DNA of 64,000 nucleotides from Verrucomicrobiota bacterium (GTDB lineage Bacteria; Verrucomicrobiota; Verrucomicrobiia; Limisphaerales; JADLHS01): NCBI GenBank assembly GCA_025350905.1, contig JANXWY010000096.1, positions 1,919 to 65,918 of the forward strand, read 5' to 3'. Shown piece by piece: positions 54,536 to 63,790 of this stretch (position 1 is its first letter; each line of letters starts with the position of its first letter). The notes under the pieces were generated by a model. It saw only the letters and a program-made list of their open reading frames with translations, ran no database searches and was not told where the DNA came from. The position numbers and the translations under genes were made by a program.

Positions 54536-55759
54536 ATGACTGATTACCAAGCCGCAATGTTCCTAAGCGACGATGATGATTCTGAAATTGAGCGGCAGGA
54601 CTTCGCGCCCACTGAATCACCTAATGTCGGGGATGATGCCGTGCGCCGCCTAGTGGCCCAGTTTGTAAACATTACACGCTGGCCGTCTTGCGACTGCCCT
54701 AGCGGCCAACCCCACAAGAGCGTCCGCGTGCTGTTCAATAACGGGCTGCCTTACGTCCATTGCTTTCACCCTTCGTGTGCCGCCGACCGGGCCACGGTAA
54801 ATGCCCAAATCACCGATGCCTTCCGAACACTGTCACCGGAACAACAAAAAAATTGCAGAACGCCTGAAACCTCCGAAGAACGCCTGCTCCTGAATCAGAA
54901 GCGCCAAGCCTATGACATTGCCAAGCACCGGCTCCTGCCGGACCTGCTCAAGAATCCGGTGCCTCCAGAGCATTGGTTGAAGTGCTCGCCGTTCCCGGTG
55001 GCGATAGTTCCGAATTCGCGCCAGTGGAAGCTGTTCGTGAAGGCCATGTACGGCGTCGAAAACGACGACATCTGGATCGGAAACCTGCCAGAGGCTCAGG
55101 TTCTTGCGGATTTTAAGACCCCATATTTGTGGTGGAAACAGAAACTGCCGTTCGGCTCGCACATCTCCACCTGCACGTTCAAACTCAAGACCACACTATC
55201 GCGAGAGGCATCCGGCGACATCCGCATCCGCAGCAGTGGCACCCGCTCCAAAGCGTTCATGAAGCGGAAGCTGTTTGACATCTTGGAAGTCGATCCCGAC
55301 GAGAAGTCGGGGCAAACATCGGATGAGGCTTACCGCCAAGGTGGTGCCGTTGCGCGATGGGTGCAGAGTACCGGGCAGAAGCTCTATGCCGTTGTCGACA
55401 CCGGCAACAAGTCGCTGCACTTCTGGTTTCCCCACTACATGATGGAAATTCCCCGCGAGCCAAGATGCCCGGCAGGTCCATACCTCGAAGACTACAAGCG
55501 AAACCCGGCGTACCGGGCGAGCGCTTGGCGACAATATGAACGGTTGATGTTGAAGCACAAGAAGGTCCGACGTAGGGCGTTCAATGACCGCGAGCGCTGG
55601 TACGCGGGGCTGCGTGGTCTTGGATGCGATCCACAGGCCATCACCAGCTTGACTGCCCGGTTGCCCGGCGTGGAGCGACTCGACAAGGATGGTCAGCCCA
55701 CGGGGCGCTGGCAGCGGCTTCTTTACCTCGATCCCAAGTTCCCCGTGGATGATTTATGA
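54536..55759 (+). CDS. Putative primase-polymerase (AEP superfamily) with N-terminal CHC2-like zinc finger
   Basis: 'CPSGQPHKSVRVLFNNGLPYVHCFHPSC' resembles the DnaG CHC2 finger. AEP-like motifs 'FDILEVDPD' (DxD), 'DTGNKSLHFWF' (sxH), 'LTARLPGVER'. Confidence 0.55.
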   Translation: MTDYQAAMFLSDDDDSEIERQDFAPTESPNVGDDAVRRLVAQFVNITRWPSCDCPSGQPHKSVRVLFNNGLPYVHCFHPSCAADRATVNAQITDAFRTLSPEQQKNCRTPETSEERLLLNQKRQAYDIAKHRLLPDLLKNPVPPEHWLKCSPFPVAIVPNSRQWKLFVKAMYGVENDDIWIGNLPEAQVLADFKTPYLWWKQKLPFGSHISTCTFKLKTTLSREASGDIRIRSSGTRSKAFMKRKLFDILEVDPDEKSGQTSDEAYRQGGAVARWVQSTGQKLYAVVDTGNKSLHFWFPHYMMEIPREPRCPAGPYLEDYKRNPAYRASAWRQYERLMLKHKKVRRRAFNDRERWYAGLRGLGCDPQAITSLTARLPGVERLDKDGQPTGRWQRLLYLDPKFPVDDL

Positions 55760-57714
55760 GCAAAACTTTCGACGACACACAGCCTCACAACCCGCTGGAT
55801 GCCCTTCTAGCCAAGGGCGGCGAATTTCAAAGTGTCCTCCGTTATCTGGAATTTATCGAACGGCTAGGGTGGTGTGACCAGCACGAGTGCAAGCGGGCCG
55901 ACAACATTGAGGCGATGGTTAAGCAGGCCAAAATGCTTGGGTTGACTCAGTTCACACGCGTTAAAGAGCCTAAGAAGAAGCCGACGATTCTCGTTTTGCA
56001 GATTCAGGCCAGCGCTGTAAACAAATGCCCCTGTGGCGAAGCCGGATCACGTATCACCGAGGTCTGCGAAGAAATCAAAGAGGCCGTGGAGAAGTTTACC
56101 TTGCCGAAGGGAAGCGATCAACTGGGCATCGACGGCGCGGGACTCCCAAAACTGGATGTAAGCGAAGGCACCGATTGGAACGTGATCGCGGAGAACGTCG
56201 TCAGATTATTGACCGATGACCAAGAGCCGAAAGTTTTCCTACGCGAAGCTTGTGGCGAGAGCATGGTTGAGTTGGTGAAAAGTAAAGCCAAGAGTAATGC
56301 TGGGGAATTGGTCTTAAAGGATGTTCGTCCGGTGAACTTTGCATCTCTGATTGGGCGCTACGCCACCTTGGAAAAATACACCGCTGATGGCCACCGCATT
56401 CCCGCCACTATCGACCAGAAGAAGGCTGCTCTCATCATGGGTGCCGCCCCCATGTGCAACCTGCCTATCATCCGCAGTCTGCACAACGCCCCAGTGCTCT
56501 ACCTGACCGACAATAACGACCTGCGAATCATTGGGCCGGGCTACGATCCGCAAACCGGAATGTACGTGCTGGGCCGCAAGACGGTCGAACCCAAGCCCGA
56601 CTGGGAGGCGGGTGTCGAGAAGCTGCTTTCGCGTATGAGTGGCTGGAGGTTCGTTGACCAAAGCGACAAGTCCCGGCTGATCGGCTCGTATATGACTTCC
56701 GCGATGGTATACGGGAATTTCCTCAATGGCGACCGCGCTCCCATTCAGTTCTTTGAAGCGGACATGAGTCAGACCGGCAAAGGGTATGCGGCCAAGGTGA
56801 TCGCCGCCCTGTACGGCGAGAAAATGGTGACGGTCACACAGAAGACGGGGCATGGCCTTGGGTCGTTTGAGGAAAAATTCGACGCTGCACTCCTGACCGG
56901 GCGGCCACTGATCCTTTGCGACAACATGCGGAAGTCGTTGGATTCGCAAAGTCTGGAGAGCTTCGCCACAGAAAATGAATATGCGGCGCGTGGTTTCCGG
57001 CGCGGCTACATCACAGTCGACCCGCGCAACTACGTCGTCTACATCACCAGTAACGGCATGTCGACGACGGCGGATGCAAGTAGGCGATTCAATGTTGTCC
57101 GGTTCGTGAAGCAGCCGCGAACGCACTCATTCTGGCAGGACAGAGACGGGCGCAACTTGCTGGCACACATGACCTATTTTCACCGGTACTACCTCGGTGT
57201 GATATGGTCGATTCTGTGTGAGTGGCACCGGCGAGGAATGCCGCGCACCGATGAACACCGCCATGATTTCCGAGGATGGGCATCCGCCGTTGACTGGATC
57301 GTTCAGAACCTGTTTGGGCTGCCGCCCCTGATGCAAGGCTGCGATGAAATACGGAACCGGATGAGCAGCGTGTATCTGACCTTCGTGCGCGATCTCTGTC
57401 AGACGATCAAACATTCCCAGCGGCTCGACGTTGATCTGTTCACGGCTGACATCGCAGCGATCTGCGGTGACCAGCGGATTGCGATTCCAGATTTGAAAAG
57501 CAACGCGGAGGACGCCGACACCAAGCAACTCGGCATTATCTTCAAGCGATTGTTCGGAGGTTCACAGGACGAGCGCATTCTGGACGACGAACCAAGTGAG
57601 CTTGAGAAACGCCTCCCTCTGGAAGGCTATGAGATCATCCGCACCGTGAAATGGTCGCCGAGCAGAAATAAGTCCCACGTCTATCGTTTTCTTTTTCGTG
57701 GTAGCACGGCGTAA
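55756..57714 (+). CDS. Putative SF3-type helicase/NTPase (P4/D5 primase-helicase C-terminal-like)
   Basis: ATGA overlap with the primase gene. Deviant Walker A 'DMSQTGKGY', Walker B 'PLILCDNM', motif C 'VVYITSNG'. Confidence 0.5.
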   Translation: MSKTFDDTQPHNPLDALLAKGGEFQSVLRYLEFIERLGWCDQHECKRADNIEAMVKQAKMLGLTQFTRVKEPKKKPTILVLQIQASAVNKCPCGEAGSRITEVCEEIKEAVEKFTLPKGSDQLGIDGAGLPKLDVSEGTDWNVIAENVVRLLTDDQEPKVFLREACGESMVELVKSKAKSNAGELVLKDVRPVNFASLIGRYATLEKYTADGHRIPATIDQKKAALIMGAAPMCNLPIIRSLHNAPVLYLTDNNDLRIIGPGYDPQTGMYVLGRKTVEPKPDWEAGVEKLLSRMSGWRFVDQSDKSRLIGSYMTSAMVYGNFLNGDRAPIQFFEADMSQTGKGYAAKVIAALYGEKMVTVTQKTGHGLGSFEEKFDAALLTGRPLILCDNMRKSLDSQSLESFATENEYAARGFRRGYITVDPRNYVVYITSNGMSTTADASRRFNVVRFVKQPRTHSFWQDRDGRNLLAHMTYFHRYYLGVIWSILCEWHRRGMPRTDEHRHDFRGWASAVDWIVQNLFGLPPLMQGCDEIRNRMSSVYLTFVRDLCQTIKHSQRLDVDLFTADIAAICGDQRIAIPDLKSNAEDADTKQLGIIFKRLFGGSQDERILDDEPSELEKRLPLEGYEIIRTVKWSPSRNKSHVYRFLFRGSTA

Positions 57715-57964
57715 AATCGTGGTGCCCTGCACGAGCAAGAATGCCCGAAAATTGGGGTGTTTCGTCAACTTCGTCCACTTCGTTAAGGGTTAGCATCAGT
57801 TAAAGACACAAATGGAGTAGGAGGGCTGTCCGTACAATACAGAAGCAAACAGGGCACATCCTTCACGAACTGCACGATCATCCGTAGAACCTGCTCGTAT
57901 TGAACGTGGTAGTTGCATCGTGAAGGGTTCCACTTGCGAACGGAGTTCACGAAGTCATGCAGGT

Positions 57965-58783
57965 TCACCTTTGCACGGGCACCCCAGACCCGCGTGGTCT
58001 TCCCCGCTTCCGACCCGGTATTGGTGGCAAGCGGCCAAGTAACGCCGCGTGCGGTGACCGGTAGATTTGCACGTCCTCTGCCCTGTAGCGCTCAAAAACG
58101 CGATCCGCAAATTCAGCCGTATCTGGCAGGAGAACATAAACAAAACCACGACGGACAAAGTAGGCAGGAAGCACCCGGCCTCCCGGCACCACTACAAGCC
58201 TCAGTCGCCACATGCGCTCGCCATTGAGCCAGCCACTCCACTTCTTACGCGTGCGTGGGAGTTGGGCTAGAGCACTCGCCGCCGCACTGATCTCCAACTC
58301 GGTGGGTGCAGCGCTTTTCATCTCATTGTTGCCGGGTGGCGTGCTGAGGCTCGTGACGACTACTTTAGGTTCAGACACTTGATAGCTGGTAGCGGTTGTT
58401 TTTGCCACCGGCAGAACCGGGTTGCTGCCACCAAATTCACTGGCCAATCTCCCGACAGGCGCCGACAGACGCTTTGGTGGTCTTGGCCTCGGCTTTACCG
58501 CGAAGTCCTTCAGCGCGATCAACGATCCATGCCGGTAGAGCACCTTGGCCCTCACAAGCTCGCGACCAGCGCCCAGATACCGGAGCCGCCAGCAACGTCG
58601 CATTGCGCGTGAGTCCGGGTTGCGGCCCTTGGCGAGGGAGTTGATGATCTCCCACAAGCCGACTGGCGTAGGCCCGCGCTGGCGTATGGCTGCCATGAAT
58701 TCCGGCGCAAGCGGATGTCGAACGCCATTTAGTGGTGGCCGGAAAATTTGCGGCGCGGTGACTGGACAAACGATGACAAACAT
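57965..58783 (-). CDS. Hypothetical basic DNA-binding protein with C-terminal AT-hook
   Basis: ATG at 58783. C-terminal 'GRKRGRPRGSG' matches the AT-hook core RGRP. Divergent from the 58934 gene. Confidence 0.45.
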   Translation of the reverse strand: MFVIVCPVTAPQIFRPPLNGVRHPLAPEFMAAIRQRGPTPVGLWEIINSLAKGRNPDSRAMRRCWRLRYLGAGRELVRAKVLYRHGSLIALKDFAVKPRPRPPKRLSAPVGRLASEFGGSNPVLPVAKTTATSYQVSEPKVVVTSLSTPPGNNEMKSAAPTELEISAAASALAQLPRTRKKWSGWLNGERMWRLRLVVVPGGRVLPAYFVRRGFVYVLLPDTAEFADRVFERYRAEDVQIYRSPHAALLGRLPPIPGRKRGRPRGSGVPVQR

Positions 58784-58899
58784 ACCTTAACTACGATCAC
58801 AGTTTCTAACAGCTTCTTTTCCCTACCGCCAGCGCATCGACTGCGATCTGGCAACAATCGTTTACATCCGCACGTCTCGTTACGTCCTTCGTTGATCTC

Positions 58900-58917
58900 G
58901 GACGTTTCAAAACGTCC
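58900..58917. promoter_or_regulatory. Palindromic operator-like site in divergent promoter region (coordinates +/-1)
   Basis: ggacgttt-ca-aaacgtcc is a perfect 8+8 palindrome. Two more ACGTC[CT] half-sites lie within the preceding 30 nt (cacgtctcgttacgtcc). Confidence 0.4.
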
Positions 58918-58933
58918 CGCGTAGTTAGAGCGT

Positions 58934-59290
58934 ATGACTAGAACTCAAACTGATCTACTGCGCCGCGCTCTTGAACTTTTGCACAGGCTTGTGCCGGACG
59001 ACTACGAACCCTGTGCGGTCGACACACCACGGCGTTGCCCGGTGGCCAAGTTCGCAAAGAAGTTCCTCGTACCTGATTCTGAAAGCGACTTAACCAGTCA
59101 GGAACTCGTTTGCTTCTTCAACGAGATTGCCGCCAGCGGCGAAGTGCAACCGCTTTCAAAGTCACAATTCCTGCGCCGCCTGCCCAATGTTCTGGAGAGC
59201 GCTTTCGGCGTTCGCAAGTCGCATGACATTGAGCGAGATGGTCGCCGCGTGCGCGGCTTCAGAGGAATCAATCTCACCCAACAGGCATGA
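58934..59290 (+). CDS. Hypothetical protein resembling the C-terminal winged-helix tail of P4-type primases
   Basis: Pattern 'FAKKFL.....LTSQELVCFFNEIAASGEVQPLSKSQFLRRL......R..RGFRGINL' is typical of phage/plasmid primase C-terminal regions (from memory). Confidence 0.4.
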   Translation: MTRTQTDLLRRALELLHRLVPDDYEPCAVDTPRRCPVAKFAKKFLVPDSESDLTSQELVCFFNEIAASGEVQPLSKSQFLRRLPNVLESAFGVRKSHDIERDGRRVRGFRGINLTQQA

Positions 59291-59318
59291 CGGTTCCCGA
59301 AGTGCCAAACGAAAATAT

Positions 59319-59852
59319 ATGAAAACTGAAGCTCTACCATCCACGCTCACCCTCGCCATTGACCCCGGAAAATCTGGCGGCATCGCCTACATGAGTGACA
59401 ACCGACCCCCGCAGGCCGTTCCCATGCCCCCGACCGAGGGCGACCTCGTGGTCTTCCTTCGCGACCTCACGGCAGGTGCCAAGGACGCTATAGCTTTTGT
59501 CGAGCAAGTCAGCGGCTTCGTCGGCGTCGCCCAACCCGGCAGCAGCGCATTCAAATTCGGTCGCAATTTTGGTTTCATCCTTGGCGTGCTCCAGACATTG
59601 GGCGTACGCGTTGAACTGGTACGCCCTCAAAAGTGGCAAAAATCGCTCGGCTTGGGATCGGCTACAGGCTGCGCATCCAAGACCGAGTGGAAGAACAAAC
59701 TTAAAGGAGCAGCCCAGCGACTATACCCGAACCTCAAACCGACGTTGGCTACCTCGGACGCATTGCTGATTTTGGACTACGCCCGCCGCACCGCTCCGAC
59801 ATCGGCTGCCCGTGGCGAGGGCATTCAGTGTATCTCTCTGGGTTCGCTTTGA
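59319..59852 (+). CDS. RuvC-like Holliday junction resolvase (phage type)
   Basis: ATG at 59319. 'LTLAIDPGKSGGIAY' (catalytic Asp), 'IAFVEQVSG' (Glu), 'ATSDALLILDYA' (Asp pair). Confidence 0.6.
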   Translation: MKTEALPSTLTLAIDPGKSGGIAYMSDNRPPQAVPMPPTEGDLVVFLRDLTAGAKDAIAFVEQVSGFVGVAQPGSSAFKFGRNFGFILGVLQTLGVRVELVRPQKWQKSLGLGSATGCASKTEWKNKLKGAAQRLYPNLKPTLATSDALLILDYARRTAPTSAARGEGIQCISLGSL

Positions 59853-60112
59853 CGTGGAGCCGAAATTTCCGCGTGACGTAATCCCTCTCATCCGGTTCAG
59901 ATCAAGGCCAAGCGCGTGGTGAAGTTCCGCGTGGCCAAAGCCGCCAAGGACGCTATCCTCGGCGCGGAGCAAGACTGACCGCACATCTCAAGGCACTCTG
60001 ATTTATCTCGGAGTGCAATTTCGCTTTGGAGGGTGCGTCTCCGGGCACGTCGATCCCCTGACGCAGTCGAGGACAGGCTTGACTCGCCGTTGGCTCGTAG
60101 GAATGTAGTGCT

Positions 60113-61654
60113 ATGTGCTTGCAAGTTTCCGCGGTCCTCCCGTGGCATGATTGGAACTGGAGTGGAGATGAGATCATCCACAAACCGGTCGTTCCCGCCT
60201 GCCGTCCCATCCCGCGCACTGGGAAACGATACCCAATAGACATCCGCGAATTTCTGACGACGGCGAACAACGCGGTCGTGAGCAACACCCTTGGCGGATT
60301 GGTCAAGGCGTTGCCGCAGTCGGAACAGGCAATGTTTCGCTCCCATTCACGAGGCAGCTTTGACTTTCGCACTGACCGGATCGTGCAGTTCCTTGGTACG
60401 CTGCGCTACCTCAAATCGCATAACAAAACGCGGTACTGCCCCGACGCTTGGCTCTTTCCTGATGAGACACTGGCGCAAAAGGGCGGCGACTGCGAAGACT
60501 TGGCGTTCTTGCTTGCGGCCCTGCTCATGGCGGCGGGTGTGAGCAACTACTGCATCCGCGTCGCGCTAGGTTCGCTCGTGATTCATCCGCCCTTTGGCCA
60601 GACGCGGAGGCAGGCTCATTGCTGGGTGATGTACCAAAACGAAAGCGGCGTCTGGGAAATCCTTGAACCCACTGCACTCGTCCAGCACAAGGCCGCTGGC
60701 TCGAAGGGTCGGGCAGCCAATGCCGCCATGTATCCCACCGAGTACGTGCCCCACTATGTGTTCAACTCCGATCACCTGTGGTTGATCCGCTCGGCACACG
60801 TGGACGCGCACAAGGACTTTGATGAGTATTGCACCAGCCGCCGGAGCTTCTGGAATGAGTTCGATCCCTCGTTTGCCGCCTCGATCCACAAGTCCATCTT
60901 CGATGCTGCGTTGAGTGGCAGGGTTTCGGGAGGCGCGATGTCCGCGATCAAACGCAAGAGTCTCTGGCTGGATGTTAACATTGCCACCTACGACCCCCGC
61001 GACCACTTCGATAACGGCTACATCGCGGCAGGCTGGGATCGGGTGACGCAGAACTTGGCGAAGTTTAATGCCGACAACTCGGACTGGGCGAGCTTCGGCG
61101 CAGCGGGCCATGCCATCGCCGACTTTTACGCGCATTCGTCTTACCTTCATTTCGCCCGCCTCAAGAACGCGGCGGGGGCCGCTGGTCAAGCCTTGCCCTA
61201 CGCGCCCGATGTGGCGCTGGCGGGAACCCCGGCATATACCTCCAGTCCTGCTGCGCCGTCGCTACCTCCGTTCGATCTGACTTCAGGCAAGTTCTCAACG
61301 AACACTAAGCTGAACCCCGGCACCGGACAGGACGCCGCCAATGAGTGGGCGGGCCAAATCATCTCCGGCCGCTATGCGCAAAAATATGAGCCGAAGGCAG
61401 GCTTCTGGGAAGGGTTGACCAGCATCCCGTATGAACTCTCCAGCGCAGCCGATTTCAAACGGCGCGGACTCCTGCCGCATCATGATGAAATCGCCGTGGA
61501 TTCGGAATCACCCGGCAAGGCGCACCGGCTTTATGGCAGCGCGGCCAATCCGGCACCGGACGACCGCAGTGCCTTCACGAACCAGTTCCGCTGGCGGGTG
61601 AATACGGCCATTGCCCACATCCGGCAAGCATTCGACGACAACGGGCATGGCTGA
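60113..61654 (+). CDS. Fusion protein: transglutaminase-like cysteine protease core + zinc-dependent phospholipase C / Het-C-like domain
   Basis: TGase-like triad context 'KGGDCEDLAFLLAALLMAAGV', 'HCWVMYQNESGVWEILEPT'. PLC/Het-C-like metal motifs 'IHKSIFDAAL', 'YDPRDHFDN', 'GHAIADFYAHSSY', 'LPHHDEIAVD'. Confidence 0.6.
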   Translation: MCLQVSAVLPWHDWNWSGDEIIHKPVVPACRPIPRTGKRYPIDIREFLTTANNAVVSNTLGGLVKALPQSEQAMFRSHSRGSFDFRTDRIVQFLGTLRYLKSHNKTRYCPDAWLFPDETLAQKGGDCEDLAFLLAALLMAAGVSNYCIRVALGSLVIHPPFGQTRRQAHCWVMYQNESGVWEILEPTALVQHKAAGSKGRAANAAMYPTEYVPHYVFNSDHLWLIRSAHVDAHKDFDEYCTSRRSFWNEFDPSFAASIHKSIFDAALSGRVSGGAMSAIKRKSLWLDVNIATYDPRDHFDNGYIAAGWDRVTQNLAKFNADNSDWASFGAAGHAIADFYAHSSYLHFARLKNAAGAAGQALPYAPDVALAGTPAYTSSPAAPSLPPFDLTSGKFSTNTKLNPGTGQDAANEWAGQIISGRYAQKYEPKAGFWEGLTSIPYELSSAADFKRRGLLPHHDEIAVDSESPGKAHRLYGSAANPAPDDRSAFTNQFRWRVNTAIAHIRQAFDDNGHG

Positions 61655-61816
61655 CGTGCTGACGCCCGGCGCCAATGAGCGTGGCCACAATCGTCGGCAG
61701 GAAATTTAGGATCACGCCGGAGGAAGTGAAGCAGTTAGTTGATATAGTTCGGCAGCTTGGCGGGAAGTTGGCCTCGCAGCTTGTTCCGCCGCCTCCAGCT
61801 TCCACCAACCTGTAGA

Positions 61817-62326
61817 ATGAAACAAATATCCGCAATTTTGATTGGTCTGGCGCTGATGGGCTGCTCGACCGTCCCGACGTTCGTCCGTCACGACATTCCC
61901 AACTTCAGGCCGGTGCCCGACGATCCGGGTGTTTACCGTGGGGGGCAGCCCAAGTCTCAGGAAGGCTGGGCATATCTTCAAAGCCTCGGTGTCAGCAACG
62001 TCGTCAAATTGAATTTGGAGTCCGAAGCCTCGGACAGCGATGCCAGAGCGCTGGGGATGACGGTAAACTATTGTCCCATCGCCACGCTTCACCAGATACT
62101 GCTCAAGCCCGACCGGCAAACCGTGTCCAACGCGGTCGCGGCCATCACACCCGGCACATACGTTCACTGTAAACACGGGCAAGATAGAACCGGGTTGATC
62201 GTTGGTTGTAAACGCGTCTGGCAGGACGGCTGGGCCAAGACCAACGCGTGGAACGAAATGCTTGCCGACGGTTTTCATCCGTCGCTTCACGGATTGACCA
62301 AATTCTGGAACACCGACGTTCATTGA
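61817..62326 (+). CDS. Lipoprotein protein-tyrosine/dual-specificity phosphatase (CX5R; PFA-DSP/Siw14-like)
   Basis: ATG at 61817. Lipobox 'LALMGCS'. Active site 'VHCKHGQDRTGLIVGCKR'. Confidence 0.7.
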   Translation: MKQISAILIGLALMGCSTVPTFVRHDIPNFRPVPDDPGVYRGGQPKSQEGWAYLQSLGVSNVVKLNLESEASDSDARALGMTVNYCPIATLHQILLKPDRQTVSNAVAAITPGTYVHCKHGQDRTGLIVGCKRVWQDGWAKTNAWNEMLADGFHPSLHGLTKFWNTDVH

Positions 62327-62629
62327 CTCAGCGAGCCAATCGGATTCGTAAACAAGGCTCGCCCGACGGTGGTTGTAAACAGGCGCGGTGTCACCGGTGT
62401 ACACAGTGCCGGTTCGCCTGCGGATACCTGCATTTCGGAGTTACGCGTCTTGCACGTTGTGTACGAAGCGCGTAGCCTCGCGGAACGAAGCGGCCCGTCT
62501 GGGCAAGAATGAGGCGGCTTCTCATTATTCAAGAATGAAAGCCACGCTGTTCAAGGTTGCAGGGGATGATGCACCGAGTGCTGAACGCCTCCGGTTTATC
62601 ATGTCTCTGGTCGGCTGAAGGATAGCAAC

Positions 62630-63787
62630 ATGGGATACTCCAAGTACACTGAAGACATCGAGAAGATTCACTCCCTAAATATCTTTGGGACGTTCCTTGA
62701 TTTTCAAGTACGGGAGCCGAAACCGATTCATCGTTGCGGCTTCTGCAACTTCGAGACGGATGACCGTCAGTCACGTGATGCGCACATTCTGAAGGAGCAC
62801 CGCGATGCGGCAATTTACTTGGAGTACGATGATCGCATTGTGCCTGATCGGGCCGTGTTCAAAGTTCGCCCGATTCACTTGAAGATTCGCTGCCCGGCAT
62901 TGCCTGATGGCATCGAAGTCACGATCAGTTCGAGATCAAAGAAGTTGCCATCCCGAACATACAAGGACGGCGCTCTGCTGAAGATTACGCCGCCGGATGA
63001 AGAAGTTGTCACCATTCAACTCGGTATCGGCGCGTACAAACGCGAGTACTCCATTTCATTTCGTCACCAGACCTTTTCAGCCAAACTGACGACAACACTT
63101 ACGGCTGAGGTTAAATCTGCAAATGCGCGGATTAGCAACTGGGAGTGGCCGGATGTAGACAAATTCAAGACCGCCCTGTTGGGAGAGGCGGGGTTGAGCG
63201 AGGATGACAACTTGCACCGCCACGGTATTTTCGAGTTCTACCACGCTCTGTGGCTGGAGCAGAACCGCAAAACTGCATTCGCACAGCATTTCGAGGCAGC
63301 CTTCAAAGACCTGCGCAACTTCAGCGACCCGCTCTCCCAAATGATCGTCAGTTATTTCTTGTACCGGGTGAATTGCTTCGACAGTATTTCGCCGCTTATT
63401 CCCTTTCCGCGCCTGCGCCACGTGGCTGCCTTTTTTGGATCACCGTTCGACAGTCTGGTGGTCAACAACCGGCCCAAGCCCAAAGACGCGGAAGGAGAAT
63501 TTGTAGTGTGCGAAATTGCCATCGCCGACGCCGATGAATCAGTTCTTTCCGCCTTGTCGGCGGTGCAGTGTGCCAACTGGAGCGCGGCGCTTCAGCACTG
63601 CGAAACTGCCGAGCAGCAAATACTGGCGAATGACGATCAAACCCGGTACCGAGTGCTGTTCCTCCGTTATCGTATCCATCGCTTGCAGGGCGACACGGGC
63701 GCGAGCCGCCGTCTTGCCGAGCGGTTGAGAGTGTGCAGCGTGAAGTCATTCCAAACTGAAGCTGAAAGCTACGTGCGCAGTATTTGA
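62630..63787 (+). CDS. Hypothetical protein with N-terminal classical C2H2 zinc finger and helical C-terminal half
   Basis: ATG at 62630 after gaagga. 'CGFCNFETDDRQSRDAHILKEH' = C-x2-C-x12-H-x4-H. Confidence 0.55.
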   Translation: MGYSKYTEDIEKIHSLNIFGTFLDFQVREPKPIHRCGFCNFETDDRQSRDAHILKEHRDAAIYLEYDDRIVPDRAVFKVRPIHLKIRCPALPDGIEVTISSRSKKLPSRTYKDGALLKITPPDEEVVTIQLGIGAYKREYSISFRHQTFSAKLTTTLTAEVKSANARISNWEWPDVDKFKTALLGEAGLSEDDNLHRHGIFEFYHALWLEQNRKTAFAQHFEAAFKDLRNFSDPLSQMIVSYFLYRVNCFDSISPLIPFPRLRHVAAFFGSPFDSLVVNNRPKPKDAEGEFVVCEIAIADADESVLSALSAVQCANWSAALQHCETAEQQILANDDQTRYRVLFLRYRIHRLQGDTGASRRLAERLRVCSVKSFQTEAESYVRSI

Positions 63788-63790
63788 ATT

